Below, piece by piece: positions 1-8,948 of a stretch of DNA of 32,000 bases. The stretch is from Ignicoccus hospitalis KIN4/I (GTDB lineage: Archaea > Thermoproteota > Thermoprotei_A > Sulfolobales > Ignicoccaceae). The stretch lies in NCBI RefSeq assembly GCF_000017945.1, contig NC_009776.1, forward strand, positions 900,001-932,000, given 5' to 3'. The notes under the pieces were generated by a model that did not search any database, was not told the DNA's origin, and saw only the letters and a list, made by a program, of their open reading frames with translations. The position numbers and the translations under genes were made by a program. Position 1 is the first letter of the stretch; the number at the start of each line of letters is the position of its first letter.

Positions 1-1295
1 TGATAGCTCAAACGGTCAGGAGGATGGCGAGGGACTACGGCCTCAAGCTTCCGGCATTAAGCGTGGAGAAGATAACTTACTACATAGTGAGGGACACCGT
101 CGGCTACGGGCCCATGGACGTCATAATCAACGACCCGGCGATAGAGGACATCTTCTGCGACGGCACCAACTTACCCATATACGTGTGGCACCAGAAGTAC
201 GAGTGGCTCAGGAGCAACGTGGTCTGGATAGACGAGGACGAGCTGGTGAGGTACGTGAGGAAGTTGGCCGTGAGGGCGGGCAAGGAGCTTAGCTACGCCC
301 AGCCCATACTGGACGGCGCCATACCCCCTTGGAAGTATAGGCTCCACGCCACGCACCCAATAGTCACTTATCGAGGGCCCTCCTTCACGATAAGGAAGTT
401 CCGCGAGAACCCATTCACCTTGCCCGAGCTCGTTAGGCTCGGGACCATCTCACCCGAAATCGCCGCTTACTTGTGGATACTCGTGGACTCCATAAACTCC
501 GCTCTAGTAGTGGGGGCCATGGCCTCTGGGAAAACAACAATGCTAAACGCGATCGCTATGATGATACCTCCGGAGAGCAAGATAGTCACCGCAGAGGACA
601 CCCCGGAGATAAGGCTCCCCCACGAGAACTGGGTAGCTATGGTTACTAGGCCCTCCAACGAGCCCGGCGTAGCCAACATAACTTTGTACGACTTGTTGAA
701 GTCAGCTTTGAGGCAGAGGCCGGAGTTCATCATCGTAGGAGAGATACGAGGCGAGGAAGCCTTCACCTTCTTCCAAGCGGTCTCCGTGGGCCACGGGGGC
801 TTGGGGACGGTTCACGGAGAAACTATAGACGCTGCGATAAAGAGGCTAATTACCAAACCTATGGACGTGCCTAAGGGACTTATACCGTCGGTGAAGGTAT
901 TCATTCACATGGCTAGGGTTAAGTACGGCGGCAAGATAGTTAGGAGGGCGCTGGAGGTAAGGGAAATAATTACCTTGGACGAGAGGGGAGACCTAGTTAT
1001 GAGCACCGCCTTCAAGTGGGACTACGAGACCGACACGTGGAAGGAGGCCCAACACTTGTACCTAATTGAGGACGCGGCCCAGAAGATGCTCATGGACTAT
1101 CACCAGCTGTACAACGAGATGAAGAGGAGGGCTGTTGTCATAAAGTGGATGGTGTGGAGGGAGAAAACGTCCGTAAAGGACGTAATGGAAATAACGAGGA
1201 AGTATAGGAGGAACCCCAACGCGGTCTACACTCAAGTAGCCTCGGAGCTGAGGGTGTCGGGGCTGGTGGAGGAGCTGGAGGTGCTCCCGATATGA
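1..1295 (+). CDS. Type IV pilus/archaellum assembly ATPase, FlaI/ArlI (PilB/VirB11 secretion ATPase superfamily), 5-prime partial
   Basis: ORF 24..1295, with its frame open back to the window edge (no stop in codons 3..23). Motifs: Walker A GAMASGKTT, Walker B/Asp box EFIIVGEIRGEEA, His box GHGGLGTVHG, and the FlaI-like YYIVRDTVGYGPMDVIINDPAIEDIFCDG. This last motif normally lies 150-200 aa into FlaI, so the N-terminal domain is probably outside the window. Confidence 0.85.
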   Translation, partial: IAQTVRRMARDYGLKLPALSVEKITYYIVRDTVGYGPMDVIINDPAIEDIFCDGTNLPIYVWHQKYEWLRSNVVWIDEDELVRYVRKLAVRAGKELSYAQPILDGAIPPWKYRLHATHPIVTYRGPSFTIRKFRENPFTLPELVRLGTISPEIAAYLWILVDSINSALVVGAMASGKTTMLNAIAMMIPPESKIVTAEDTPEIRLPHENWVAMVTRPSNEPGVANITLYDLLKSALRQRPEFIIVGEIRGEEAFTFFQAVSVGHGGLGTVHGETIDAAIKRLITKPMDVPKGLIPSVKVFIHMARVKYGGKIVRRALEVREIITLDERGDLVMSTAFKWDYETDTWKEAQHLYLIEDAAQKMLMDYHQLYNEMKRRAVVIKWMVWREKTSVKDVMEITRKYRRNPNAVYTQVASELRVSGLVEELEVLPI

Positions 1296-2272
1296 GCACC
1301 AAGGTAGTTTTAGAAGAGATCCTCGCGAAGTACGAAAGGAAGAAAAAGAAGGAGCTGGAGGCGCCGAGCCAAATATTCTACATCATGTATAGGATAGCCA
1401 AAGAGCTGGGTATAGAGAGGACTCTGGAGAAGTCCTTCAAAAGCTTGGAGAAGTACATAATAGGCTCCGCTCTCAAGGTGTCCTACCCGGTCTACGTCTC
1501 CACGATGGTGCTCCTCCCCCTGTTCATCGCTCCTATAATAGCCGCCTTCACGTTCTTCGTAACGTTTTACGTACTTTACTTGCCAGTTCCGATGGTATTC
1601 GCTTTAACCTTCCTTTCGTTCGTATTAGGCTACGCCATATTGTTCATGTTGTTCTACATGATACCTATAATGATGTTCTCGTCGAGAGCCCCCCAGCTGG
1701 AGAAGAGCTTGGTGGTGCTCTACGCTTACTTGGCCGCCCTAGGCGTCTCCGGGACCACTTACTCCGAGGCGCTGAGGAAGCTCTACGAGAAGAGCGAGAG
1801 CTTGGGCGCGGAGCCGGAGCTGGGCGAGGTTGTAAAGAGGGTGTTCATACTGGGCGAGGACATAGTTGAGGTCTTGAAGGAAGTGGCGGAGATGACCCCA
1901 CACAGGGACTTCTCGAACTTCTTGAGGGGCCTCGCCAACGTCATAGAGTCCGGCACCGGACTGGAGAACTTCGCCGATGTAGGCTTCGAAACTTCAATGG
2001 CCTCCATGGAGGCAAAAATGAAGGAAGTTATGGGAGCGCTGGAGATAATGAGCGAAATGTACGTCACCGGCGCGGCGGTCATGCCTATACTCGGCCTCTC
2101 CTTCGCGGTCGTGTTAAGCACCATGGGTCCGGCCGCCCAGAGCTTCGGCCTCTCCCTCCCCGTGCCCCCCGGGCTGCTGGCGGGACTCATGGCTTTCCTG
2201 GCCATACCGCTGCTCTCCATATTCGCGATATTGATGGTAGACGGAACTCTGAGCAGGGTGAGGGGGTGGTAA
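1292..2272 (+). CDS. Polytopic membrane protein with one T2SS-F-like domain (FlaJ/TadB-like, first half of the pilus platform protein)
   Basis: ATGA start/stop overlap with the ATPase gene. 326 aa with N-terminal and C-terminal TM clusters around a soluble helical segment. Its position directly after a FlaI-like ATPase is typical of FlaJ/PilC/TadBC platform proteins. Confidence 0.65.
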   Translation: MSTKVVLEEILAKYERKKKKELEAPSQIFYIMYRIAKELGIERTLEKSFKSLEKYIIGSALKVSYPVYVSTMVLLPLFIAPIIAAFTFFVTFYVLYLPVPMVFALTFLSFVLGYAILFMLFYMIPIMMFSSRAPQLEKSLVVLYAYLAALGVSGTTYSEALRKLYEKSESLGAEPELGEVVKRVFILGEDIVEVLKEVAEMTPHRDFSNFLRGLANVIESGTGLENFADVGFETSMASMEAKMKEVMGALEIMSEMYVTGAAVMPILGLSFAVVLSTMGPAAQSFGLSLPVPPGLLAGLMAFLAIPLLSIFAILMVDGTLSRVRGW

Positions 2273-2275
2273 GCC

Positions 2276-3211
2276 TTGAAGCTTTCGAAGGACGAGATAA
2301 TAATTTCAATTGTGTTGCCGATAGTTGGGATATTCGTGGGCGTTTTGCTCTACCAGCCCCCCGGGGACAAGGTGTTCGAAGCTCTGCCTAGGATATACTT
2401 GCCCTACAGGCCGGAGACCTTGAGGGCCATAGGAATAAGCTTGATGTTGATAATTGCCGGCCCAGCCATAGGGTATTACAAGTTCATGAGAAGGGTCGAA
2501 AGCGTAATTACCAACACCCCGCTAATGCTACAAGACTTGGCAGTAACGGTGAGGAGCGGAGTGAAGGTAAACGCGGCATTCGTGGAGATTTCCGACAGAG
2601 ACTACGGCGCCCTCTCGCCCTACGTGAGGAGAATAGCCTCCATGATATACCTCCTAGGCCTCGACTTGCTAGACGCCATAAGGCTAGTAATAAGGGAGTT
2701 ACCAAAAGAGACGAGGAAGTACTTCTACTTCATTGAAGAGGCCTACGAGAGCGGCGGGAGGGCTATGGAGGTGCTGGACAAGGCCTCCGAACTGGCCAGG
2801 AGGATAAGGGAGTTCGAACTGGAGAGGGAGAAGACGTTGAAGAACCAAGGCTTCATAATTCTGTTCAGCGTGCTCATCTTCGTAGCTACGGCAGCTATAC
2901 TTTACTACCTAGCGGTGCAGATGTACGCGTCTTCGATGGAAGTTAACAAGAAGCTCGGAAAGAACGAGCTCAAGCCCGTGGACCCGTTGGAAGTCCTCGG
3001 CTACGTGTTCTACATGGGCTTGAGCCTCTCCTTGACGGCCGGCATAGCCACGGGGAAGATAGTCAAGGGCACGGTCGCGGCGGGCTTGTTCTACGCGCTG
3101 ATAGTCATGGGACTGTCGTTGGGCATAGTCTTCACCCTCCCCATGATAATTCCCCCGTACCCGCAGGAGAGTCAAGCGCAAACCGTCAACCCGCTGACGG
3201 CAGCTCGATAA
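2276..3211 (+). CDS. Polytopic membrane protein with one T2SS-F-like domain (FlaJ/TadC-like, second half)
   Basis: TTG start 3 nt after the previous stop. 311 aa with the same layout as the preceding gene (TM, soluble helical domain, TM cluster). Together the two genes equal one canonical FlaJ of about 600 aa. Confidence 0.65.
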   Translation: MKLSKDEIIISIVLPIVGIFVGVLLYQPPGDKVFEALPRIYLPYRPETLRAIGISLMLIIAGPAIGYYKFMRRVESVITNTPLMLQDLAVTVRSGVKVNAAFVEISDRDYGALSPYVRRIASMIYLLGLDLLDAIRLVIRELPKETRKYFYFIEEAYESGGRAMEVLDKASELARRIREFELEREKTLKNQGFIILFSVLIFVATAAILYYLAVQMYASSMEVNKKLGKNELKPVDPLEVLGYVFYMGLSLSLTAGIATGKIVKGTVAAGLFYALIVMGLSLGIVFTLPMIIPPYPQESQAQTVNPLTAAR

Positions 3212-3243
3212 GGCCCCTCCCAGCGAGCGCCGCAAGAGGAGAG

Positions 3244-4329
3244 ATGAGGGAAGAGGCAGCCGCCTTCCTCCTGACCTTTGCAGCCGCTTCCGCCTTCGTC
3301 GCCTTGCCCTACTTGCTCCTCCAAGCCAAGGGCATACCGCTGGGCGAGAGGGTACCGGCCGACAGGATAGTGATCGAGCTCGGAACGATAAATACGGCTT
3401 TCATGCTTTCGAGGGCTCTGGGGAGCTCCAGGGCCTCCGAGGGGAGCCCTAAGGTCGGGGCGCTCTTGGTGGCCTCCGGCTTGGCTTTAATGACGTTGCC
3501 GTCCTTCCCCTCCCTCTTGCTGGGGAGGGCCTTACAAGGGGTGGGCTCGGGCCTCGCCTTCCCGGCCTTGGAGCGGGGCGCGGCGAGGAGGGGAGTCAAG
3601 GGCATGGTGAGGCTGACCGTCGCACAGAACTTGGGCTTCTCCACGGGCTCCCTCTTCGCCGGGGCAGTGATGGTGACCCCCTCCTTGCCCTTGGCAATCG
3701 CTTTGCCGGCGGCCGCCGCGGCCTCGACCTTGGTCCCCTCGGGCGCCAGGGGGAGGAGGAAGGGAGGTTCCAACAAGGTGTTGAAAATACTTTACTTAAC
3801 TGCCTTCATAAACGGCTTGTCCTTGGGTTCCAGGGGGCCGGCCCTCTCGGCGTACGTCATGCAGTACGTAAGCGCCCTCCCGGCCCACTACTCGGCCGCT
3901 TGGGGGGTCCCCGGCTTGCTCTCAATGGCCTTGAGCTACGCCTTAGCTTCTAAGCTCGACTCCTTAGGGACTGCAAGTAAGCTCTACGCCTCCTCCGTCC
4001 TCAAGCTGGTCCAAGTGCTCGCCTTAGCCCTAGTGCCCTTCGTAGCGGACTTGTGGTCCCTCTTGGCCTTGCTTACCTTGGGTAGGACCGCTTCCACTCT
4101 TTCCGTCTCCGCCTCCAAGGCGGCTCAAGGGAGCGTCTCGGGTAAGGTAGAGCACTTCGGCAACAGACAGACCGCCTTCAGCTTGGGCAACGCACTGGGC
4201 CCCTTGGTGGGGGCGTCTCTCTATAAAGCGCTCGGGCCGGCCTCCTTGTTCGCGGTTGCGGGGTTAGGACTGCTCTCCTCAGCTCTCTACGCTTTGGGAG
4301 GGAAGGAAGCGAAAAAATTGGGAGCTTAA
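3244..4329 (+). CDS. MFS-like multi-pass membrane transporter
   Basis: 361 aa, Ala/Leu/Gly-rich, with about 10 predicted TM segments. Contains an MFS-like [15 protein letters not shown] motif and a basic central loop (GARGRRKGG). Confidence 0.5.
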   Translation: MREEAAAFLLTFAAASAFVALPYLLLQAKGIPLGERVPADRIVIELGTINTAFMLSRALGSSRASEGSPKVGALLVASGLALMTLPSFPSLLLGRALQGVGSGLAFPALERGAARRGVKGMVRLTVAQNLGFSTGSLFAGAVMVTPSLPLAIALPAAAAASTLVPSGARGRRKGGSNKVLKILYLTAFINGLSLGSRGPALSAYVMQYVSALPAHYSAAWGVPGLLSMALSYALASKLDSLGTASKLYASSVLKLVQVLALALVPFVADLWSLLALLTLGRTASTLSVSASKAAQGSVSGKVEHFGNRQTAFSLGNALGPLVGASLYKALGPASLFAVAGLGLLSSALYALGGKEAKKLGA

Positions 4330-4484
4330 GCCGCTTGGGCGAGGAGCTTCTTCTGGAGCCTCAAGAACTCCCTCCTGTTCCTGACCCTGGGGGGCTTGTT
4401 CTTCCTGTTGGGGTTCTTGGGGGGTATCTTGGGGGTTTGGCTCCTCACCTTCCCGGCCTTGGTAAGGCTACCGTGGGACCCCAT
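4326..4484 (-). CDS. rps30e: 30S ribosomal protein eS30 (52 aa; below the ORF-track size cutoff)
   Basis: Manual translation of the minus strand: [52 protein letters not shown]. The [16 protein letters not shown] signature is characteristic of eS30. ATG at 4484, TAA at 4328..4326. A TATA-like TTAATAAA lies about 35 nt upstream. Confidence 0.8.
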   Translation of the reverse strand: MGSHGSLTKAGKVRSQTPKIPPKNPNRKNKPPRVRNRREFLRLQKKLLAQAA

Positions 4485-4533
4485 CGCTTCCCACCAACCT
4501 TCATTATCCCGGACCGGGGTTTATTAAGATGGC

Positions 4534-4890
4534 ATGATAGTGGAGGAGCAGTGCTCCCAGCTGTTCAAGGCAATGAGCTTGAAGGGGGAGAGGTTCTGCA
4601 AGCCCTTCGCCGTTAGGGACGGAAAGTACGGCGTGGGAGGGCTCCTGGCAGTCACCAAGTCCGGCGAGCTGTTTGAGGTTTGTTTCATTTTTGAAGTGGT
4701 CCGCTTTTACGAGGGCGCCCAAGCCGGCCTCTTCTACACGGACCAAGCCCTCTGCGGTCTAGGGGGGAGGGAGGTCTTGGAGCGAGCGGCCGGGCTGGCT
4801 TACGAGATATTCAAAGAGGTAACTAAGAGGGAGTCGGAAAAGGTTAAGGAGGGGCTCCTCGCCGCGTTCTCTCTAAGTACTTCTTCTTGA
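4534..4890 (+). CDS. Hypothetical protein (118 aa)
   Basis: ATG start. An AT-rich element (cattatcc / tttattaag) lies just upstream, which suggests a leaderless mRNA. No motif recognised. The 3-prime end overlaps the convergent MazG-like gene by 47 nt. Confidence 0.4.
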   Translation: MIVEEQCSQLFKAMSLKGERFCKPFAVRDGKYGVGGLLAVTKSGELFEVCFIFEVVRFYEGAQAGLFYTDQALCGLGGREVLERAAGLAYEIFKEVTKRESEKVKEGLLAAFSLSTSS

Positions 4891-5113
4891 ATGCCTCGCA
4901 GAGGTCCACGTTCAGCAAGTTGGCCAGCGAGAGGAGCCAAGCTAGGACGTCCGCGAACTCCTCCTCCAAGCCCTCCCCCTTAATTATGGCCTCGGCCAGC
5001 TCCCCTACCTCCTCCACGAACCAGAGGGCGGTGGCCTCCACCCCCCTGTTGAAGTCCTTGAGGAAGTACTCGCTCTCCACGAACTTCTGGAGCTCTTCTA
5101 GGTCGCACCTCAA
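4844..5113 (-). CDS. Small MazG-like nucleoside triphosphate pyrophosphohydrolase (89 aa)
   Basis: C-terminal part of ORF 4844..5287: ALWFVEEVGELAEAIIKG...EEEFADVLAWLLSLANLLNVDLCEAFKKKY, a MazG EExxE/helical-bundle pattern. Proposed TTG start at 5113 overlaps the TGA of the upstream 61-aa ORF (TTGA). The longer ORF-track N-terminus is Arg/Gly/Pro-rich and looks non-coding. Confidence 0.65.
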   Translation of the reverse strand: MRCDLEELQKFVESEYFLKDFNRGVEATALWFVEEVGELAEAIIKGEGLEEEFADVLAWLLSLANLLNVDLCEAFKKKYLERTRRGAPP

Positions 5114-5295
5114 CAGAGTCCTCCCCGGGACATGGCGTCCCCGAGGACCTTTATCGACGCAGCGAGGAGGGCGTAGGCCAACAAGGAGAGCGCCGCGCCG
5201 CCCCAGTTCCCGGTGACCACCGAGAAAAAGAAGTACAAGGCCTCTCCGAAGGTTAGGACCGCTAAGAGCAAGAGGGCGCTCCAACACACGCTCAC
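5110..5295 (-). CDS. Small two-TM membrane protein (61 aa)
   Basis: GTG start overlaps the ileS TGA stop (GTGA). Two hydrophobic segments (WSALLLLAVLTF and AALSLLAYALLAASI). Wedged between ileS and the MazG-like gene with overlapping stop/start codons on both sides. Confidence 0.5.
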   Translation of the reverse strand: MSVCWSALLLLAVLTFGEALYFFFSVVTGNWGGAALSLLAYALLAASIKVLGDAMSRGGLC

Positions 5296-8200
5296 TTCAC
5301 CAGAGCTATGACCACCTTAGAGCCTTCTAAGCTCCATTCTTTGCCCTCCGGGGGCTCGCCGGAGGTCACCACCTCTTCTGCCCTCACCTCCTTGGCCACG
5401 TACTCCTTGAACTCTTCCACGGCCTTCAGTATCTCCTCGTTGTCGCTGAAAACTATTACCTTCTTCAGGACGTAGTCCAACGGTAAGTCCTCTTCCTTCC
5501 TCATTGTTTGTATCCTCCTTATCACCTCTCTTGCCAAGCCCAGCATCTTGGTCCTCTCGTCCAGCCTCACCTTGACGTAAACCTTCAAGCTCTCCGTCTC
5601 TATCACGTCGAAGTCGCCGGCCGGAGGCTCCTCCACAACCTTGACGTCCAACACGTTCGCGTACACGCCGAGCGCCTTGGCAGCCCTCTTAACGGCCACG
5701 ACGCTCAAGGCGGGTTTGTATATCACTTCTTCGGCCTCCTTGTTGCCCCTCTTCACCTTCACCCTCTCCGCCTTTTCTTCCCTGCTCTTCACCACCACGT
5801 AGGCCTCCGGGAGGGGCCACCTCCTCTTGACTCCCCTCTCCGTCCTAAGGGCCAACACCTTCTCCGCCGCCTCCAAGAGCTCCTCCACAGCCTTGGCCTC
5901 CTCCGGGTCGTACAAGCTGTTCTCCTCCGGCCACTGGAGCATGTGGACGCTCTCCTCCTCGAAGCCCAAGGCCCTCTGGAAGCGCTGGTACAAGTACTCC
6001 GCCAAGAACGGGACGAAGGGAGCGCTCATCCTTATTGCGGCGTCCAAGGCGAGGAACAGGGCGCTGTAGGCGGCCAGCTTGGAGGGGGTCTCCTCTTCCT
6101 CCCACACCCTAGGCCTCACGAGCGTTATGTACTTGTGGCTCAACACCTCAACTATGAACTCTTGGAGGGCTTGTGCGGCGCGGTGAATGGCGGACCTCTC
6201 CAACTCCTCGGCGACTCTCTTGGAGTACTCGTTTAGCTTCCAGAGGACCCAGCTGTCCTCCGGCTCCAAGCTCTTCAAGCCCTCCTCCAACTTCTCCAAG
6301 CTCCACTTGTCGAGCTCCATGTAGCTCTTCGCGAACTTGACGGAGTTCCAGAGTATGTCCAAGGTCCTCTTAGCGAGCTTTATGTCCTCCGGGTCGAAGC
6401 GTACCGAGTCCCAAGGGGCGCTCTTTATCGCGAAGAAGAACCTCACCGGGTCCGCCCCGTAAGTCTTGAACACGTCCTTAGCCCAGACCACGTTACCCTT
6501 GCTCTTGCTCATCTTCTTCCCGTGCTTGTCCAGTATGTGGCCTTGGGTGAGCACTTGCTTGTAGGGGGCCCTCCCGTGCCACGTGACGCCGGTAACCAAC
6601 AAGGTGTAGAACCAGCCTCTGGTCTGGTCGAGGGCCTCAGTTATCCAGTCGTACGGGTAGAACAAGTCCCAGTAGTCCTCCGCGCCTATCTGCTTGAGGG
6701 AGGCGGTGTGGGCTACGCCGGAGTCTAGCCACACGTCCACGACGTAGGGCTCCCTTACCATCACGCCCCCGCACTTGGGGCACTTGAGCTTCACCTCGTC
6801 GACCCAAGGCCTGTGGTGGTCCACCACGGCCTCCGGGTTAAGGGCTACTTTCTTGAGCTCATCTAGGCTGGAGACCGCCACGCGGTGGCCGCACGAAGTA
6901 CAAGTCCATATGGGCAGAGGGGTCCCCCAGAACCTCTCTCGGCTTATAGTCCAGTCCTTCGCGTTCTGGAGCCAGTCGCTCATCCTGTCGTAGGCCCACT
7001 TGGGGTACCAAGTAACCTTGTCGTTCTCGTTGACTAACGTCTCCCTTAAGTCCTCGACCTTTATGAACCACTGTTCGTCGGCGTAGTACATCAGCGGCGT
7101 GTCGCACCTCCAGCAGTGGGGGTACTCGTGCTCGATCGTGCCTACGTGGACGGCAAGGCCCTTCTCCTTTAGGTCCTTTATAACTTCCTTCTCCGCCTCC
7201 TTAAACCACATGCCCGCGTACTTGCCGGCCTCCTCGGTGAAGTGGCCGTCCTTCCTTATCGGCCTGAACACCTCTATGCCGACCCGCCTACAAGCCTCGA
7301 AGTCCTCCGCGCCGTGGGCGGGGGCCATGTGGACTATTCCGGTACCGGAGTCCATCGATACGAATATCTGCTTCTCCTCTATTTCTTTCCCGTTTACCAG
7401 TACTTTCTTCCTGACGACCGCGCCCTCGATCACGGTGTGGTGGGGCTTAGGGTGCTCCTTGTGGGCGGGGACCTCCTCTAACAACGGGTGGACGTACTCC
7501 TTCCCTATCAGCTCCTCCCCCTTGAACTTCTCGAGGACCTTGTAGTCCTTCAAACCTACTTCCTTCGCGAAGGGCTCTAGCCTCTTCTCAGCCAGTATCC
7601 ACTTCTCCTTCTTCCCGTTAGCGTCCACCTCTATTTTCACGTAGGTCTCGTAAGGGTGAACCGCGGCGGCCTCGTTGGCGATTATGGTCCAAGGGGTGGT
7701 GGTCCAAGCGACGAGGTAGGTCTCTTCCTCGTCTTTCAAGGGGAGCTTGAAGTAGAAGCTCGGGTCCTTAACCGTCTTGTAGCCCAAGGCGACCTCGTGG
7801 GAGGAGAGCGCGGTCTCGCAGCGCGGGCAGACGGCGACTACCCTCAAGCCCTTGTATATCCTCCCTTGATCGAACATCTTCTTCAAGTAGCTCCAGGCGG
7901 CGTCCAAGTACTTGGGGTGGCGGGTCTCGTAGGCGTTGTCGTAGTCCAGCCAGAGGCCCATCCTCTCGCTGTCGGCCCTCCAGTGGGAGATGTAGTAGTC
8001 CACCAGCTCTTGACACTCCTTGACGAACTTCTCTACCCCGTACTTGAGTATGTCTTTCTTGCTCTTGAAGCCGTGCTTCTTCTCCACCTCCAGCTCGACG
8101 GGGAGGCCTTGGGTGTCCCACCCGGCTTGGTCCCACACCCAGTACCCCTTCATCCTCCAGAACCTTAGGATCACGTCCTTGTAGGTCCTCCCCCTCATGT

Positions 8201-8369
8201 GGCCTACGTGCATGAACCCGTTGGCCGTGGGCGGCCCCTCCAAGAACCGGAAGAGCTTAACCTTCCCCCTCTTTTTGCTAAGCTCTTTAACTTTCTCGTA
8301 TATCTTATTCTCTTTCCAGAACTTGAACACTTCCTCCTCCACTTTGAGGGGGTCGTACTTCGGCTCCAC
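5292..8369 (-). CDS. ileS: Isoleucyl-tRNA synthetase
   Basis: 1025 aa. Class I HIGH motif (PTANGFMHVGH), KMSKS motif (KMSKSKGN), editing-domain region, and zinc-binding CPRC / CWRC / CTSCGH / CPKCGG clusters. Confidence 0.97.
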   Translation of the reverse strand: MEPKYDPLKVEEEVFKFWKENKIYEKVKELSKKRGKVKLFRFLEGPPTANGFMHVGHMRGRTYKDVILRFWRMKGYWVWDQAGWDTQGLPVELEVEKKHGFKSKKDILKYGVEKFVKECQELVDYYISHWRADSERMGLWLDYDNAYETRHPKYLDAAWSYLKKMFDQGRIYKGLRVVAVCPRCETALSSHEVALGYKTVKDPSFYFKLPLKDEEETYLVAWTTTPWTIIANEAAAVHPYETYVKIEVDANGKKEKWILAEKRLEPFAKEVGLKDYKVLEKFKGEELIGKEYVHPLLEEVPAHKEHPKPHHTVIEGAVVRKKVLVNGKEIEEKQIFVSMDSGTGIVHMAPAHGAEDFEACRRVGIEVFRPIRKDGHFTEEAGKYAGMWFKEAEKEVIKDLKEKGLAVHVGTIEHEYPHCWRCDTPLMYYADEQWFIKVEDLRETLVNENDKVTWYPKWAYDRMSDWLQNAKDWTISRERFWGTPLPIWTCTSCGHRVAVSSLDELKKVALNPEAVVDHHRPWVDEVKLKCPKCGGVMVREPYVVDVWLDSGVAHTASLKQIGAEDYWDLFYPYDWITEALDQTRGWFYTLLVTGVTWHGRAPYKQVLTQGHILDKHGKKMSKSKGNVVWAKDVFKTYGADPVRFFFAIKSAPWDSVRFDPEDIKLAKRTLDILWNSVKFAKSYMELDKWSLEKLEEGLKSLEPEDSWVLWKLNEYSKRVAEELERSAIHRAAQALQEFIVEVLSHKYITLVRPRVWEEEETPSKLAAYSALFLALDAAIRMSAPFVPFLAEYLYQRFQRALGFEEESVHMLQWPEENSLYDPEEAKAVEELLEAAEKVLALRTERGVKRRWPLPEAYVVVKSREEKAERVKVKRGNKEAEEVIYKPALSVVAVKRAAKALGVYANVLDVKVVEEPPAGDFDVIETESLKVYVKVRLDERTKMLGLAREVIRRIQTMRKEEDLPLDYVLKKVIVFSDNEEILKAVEEFKEYVAKEVRAEEVVTSGEPPEGKEWSLEGSKVVIALVK

Positions 8370-8435
8370 TGCGTGGTACCCTTAACGGGCAAAGGGGGGT
8401 CGGAAAAATTCTCTCCGGGGCGTCGCTTGTGCGAC

Positions 8436-8948
8436 TTGGTGTGTAACAAGGACCCCTGCTTCTGTTGGGACGACGAGGTCTACGCCCCGGCCGAGGACAC
8501 TTGGCTCGCGTGGAGGCTCTTGGAGGGCCTGCCGGAGGTCGGCGGCCTAGGGGTGGACGTGGGGACGGGCTCTTGTGTACTCATGAACGTGCTCGCGCGT
8601 AAGGTGGACTTCGCCATAGGCATTGACATAAACCCGTGCGCCGCCAAGGCTTGCAAGCTCTGCTCCTTCGAGGCGGCCTTGTGTAACTCTACCTCTTGCC
8701 TGTCCAGACCGGCCGACTTAGCGGTGGCGAACTTGCCCTACTTGCCGTGCGAGGACGACCCGGCCACGTGTTGGAAGTGGGGGAGGGAGGTCCTCGAACA
8801 CTTGAAGGTAAAGAAGGGGGGATACTTGGTCTTGGTCTGGAGCTCGTTGACCCCGGAGTTCGAGCTCCGAGGGTACGAGGCCTTGAGGGTCGAGGAGGTG
8901 AGCTTGGGGTTCGAGACCCTAAGGGGGGCGGTGTTCAGAAGGCTCTGA
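8436..8948 (+). CDS. SAM-dependent methyltransferase, HemK/Mtq2-like (N5-glutamine methyltransferase family)
   Basis: VYAPAEDTWL N-terminal signature, motif I VDVGTGSCV, and an NPPY-type motif ANLPYLP. The ORF-track start (8199) lies inside ileS. In-frame TTG 8427, TTG 8436 and GTG 8439 are more plausible, with an AAAAATT TATA-like element about 28 nt upstream. The exact start is uncertain. Confidence 0.7.
   Translation: MVCNKDPCFCWDDEVYAPAEDTWLAWRLLEGLPEVGGLGVDVGTGSCVLMNVLARKVDFAIGIDINPCAAKACKLCSFEAALCNSTSCLSRPADLAVANLPYLPCEDDPATCWKWGREVLEHLKVKKGGYLVLVWSSLTPEFELRGYEALRVEEVSLGFETLRGAVFRRL

Noticed and set aside
4335-4616. 93-aa + strand ORF
   Set aside because: It is the antisense of the eS30 gene (4326..4484) and is Gly/Leu/Pro-rich.
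5114-5287. N-terminal extension of the MazG-like ORF (147-aa version)
   Set aside because: Arg/Gly/Pro-rich sequence overlapping the better-supported 61-aa membrane ORF. The TTG at 5113 gives a canonical-size MazG core with a TTGA coupling signature.
5508-8168. Several + strand ORFs (242, 148 and 170 aa, among others) inside ileS
   Set aside because: All are antisense to a full-length IleRS with HIGH and KMSKS motifs. Their translations are low-complexity L/P/G/H-rich sequence.
8199-8435. N-terminal 79-aa extension of the methyltransferase ORF
   Set aside because: It lies antisense within the ileS 5-prime end and upstream region. The methyltransferase fold begins at VYAPAEDTWL, and in-frame TTG/GTG starts exist at 8427-8439.
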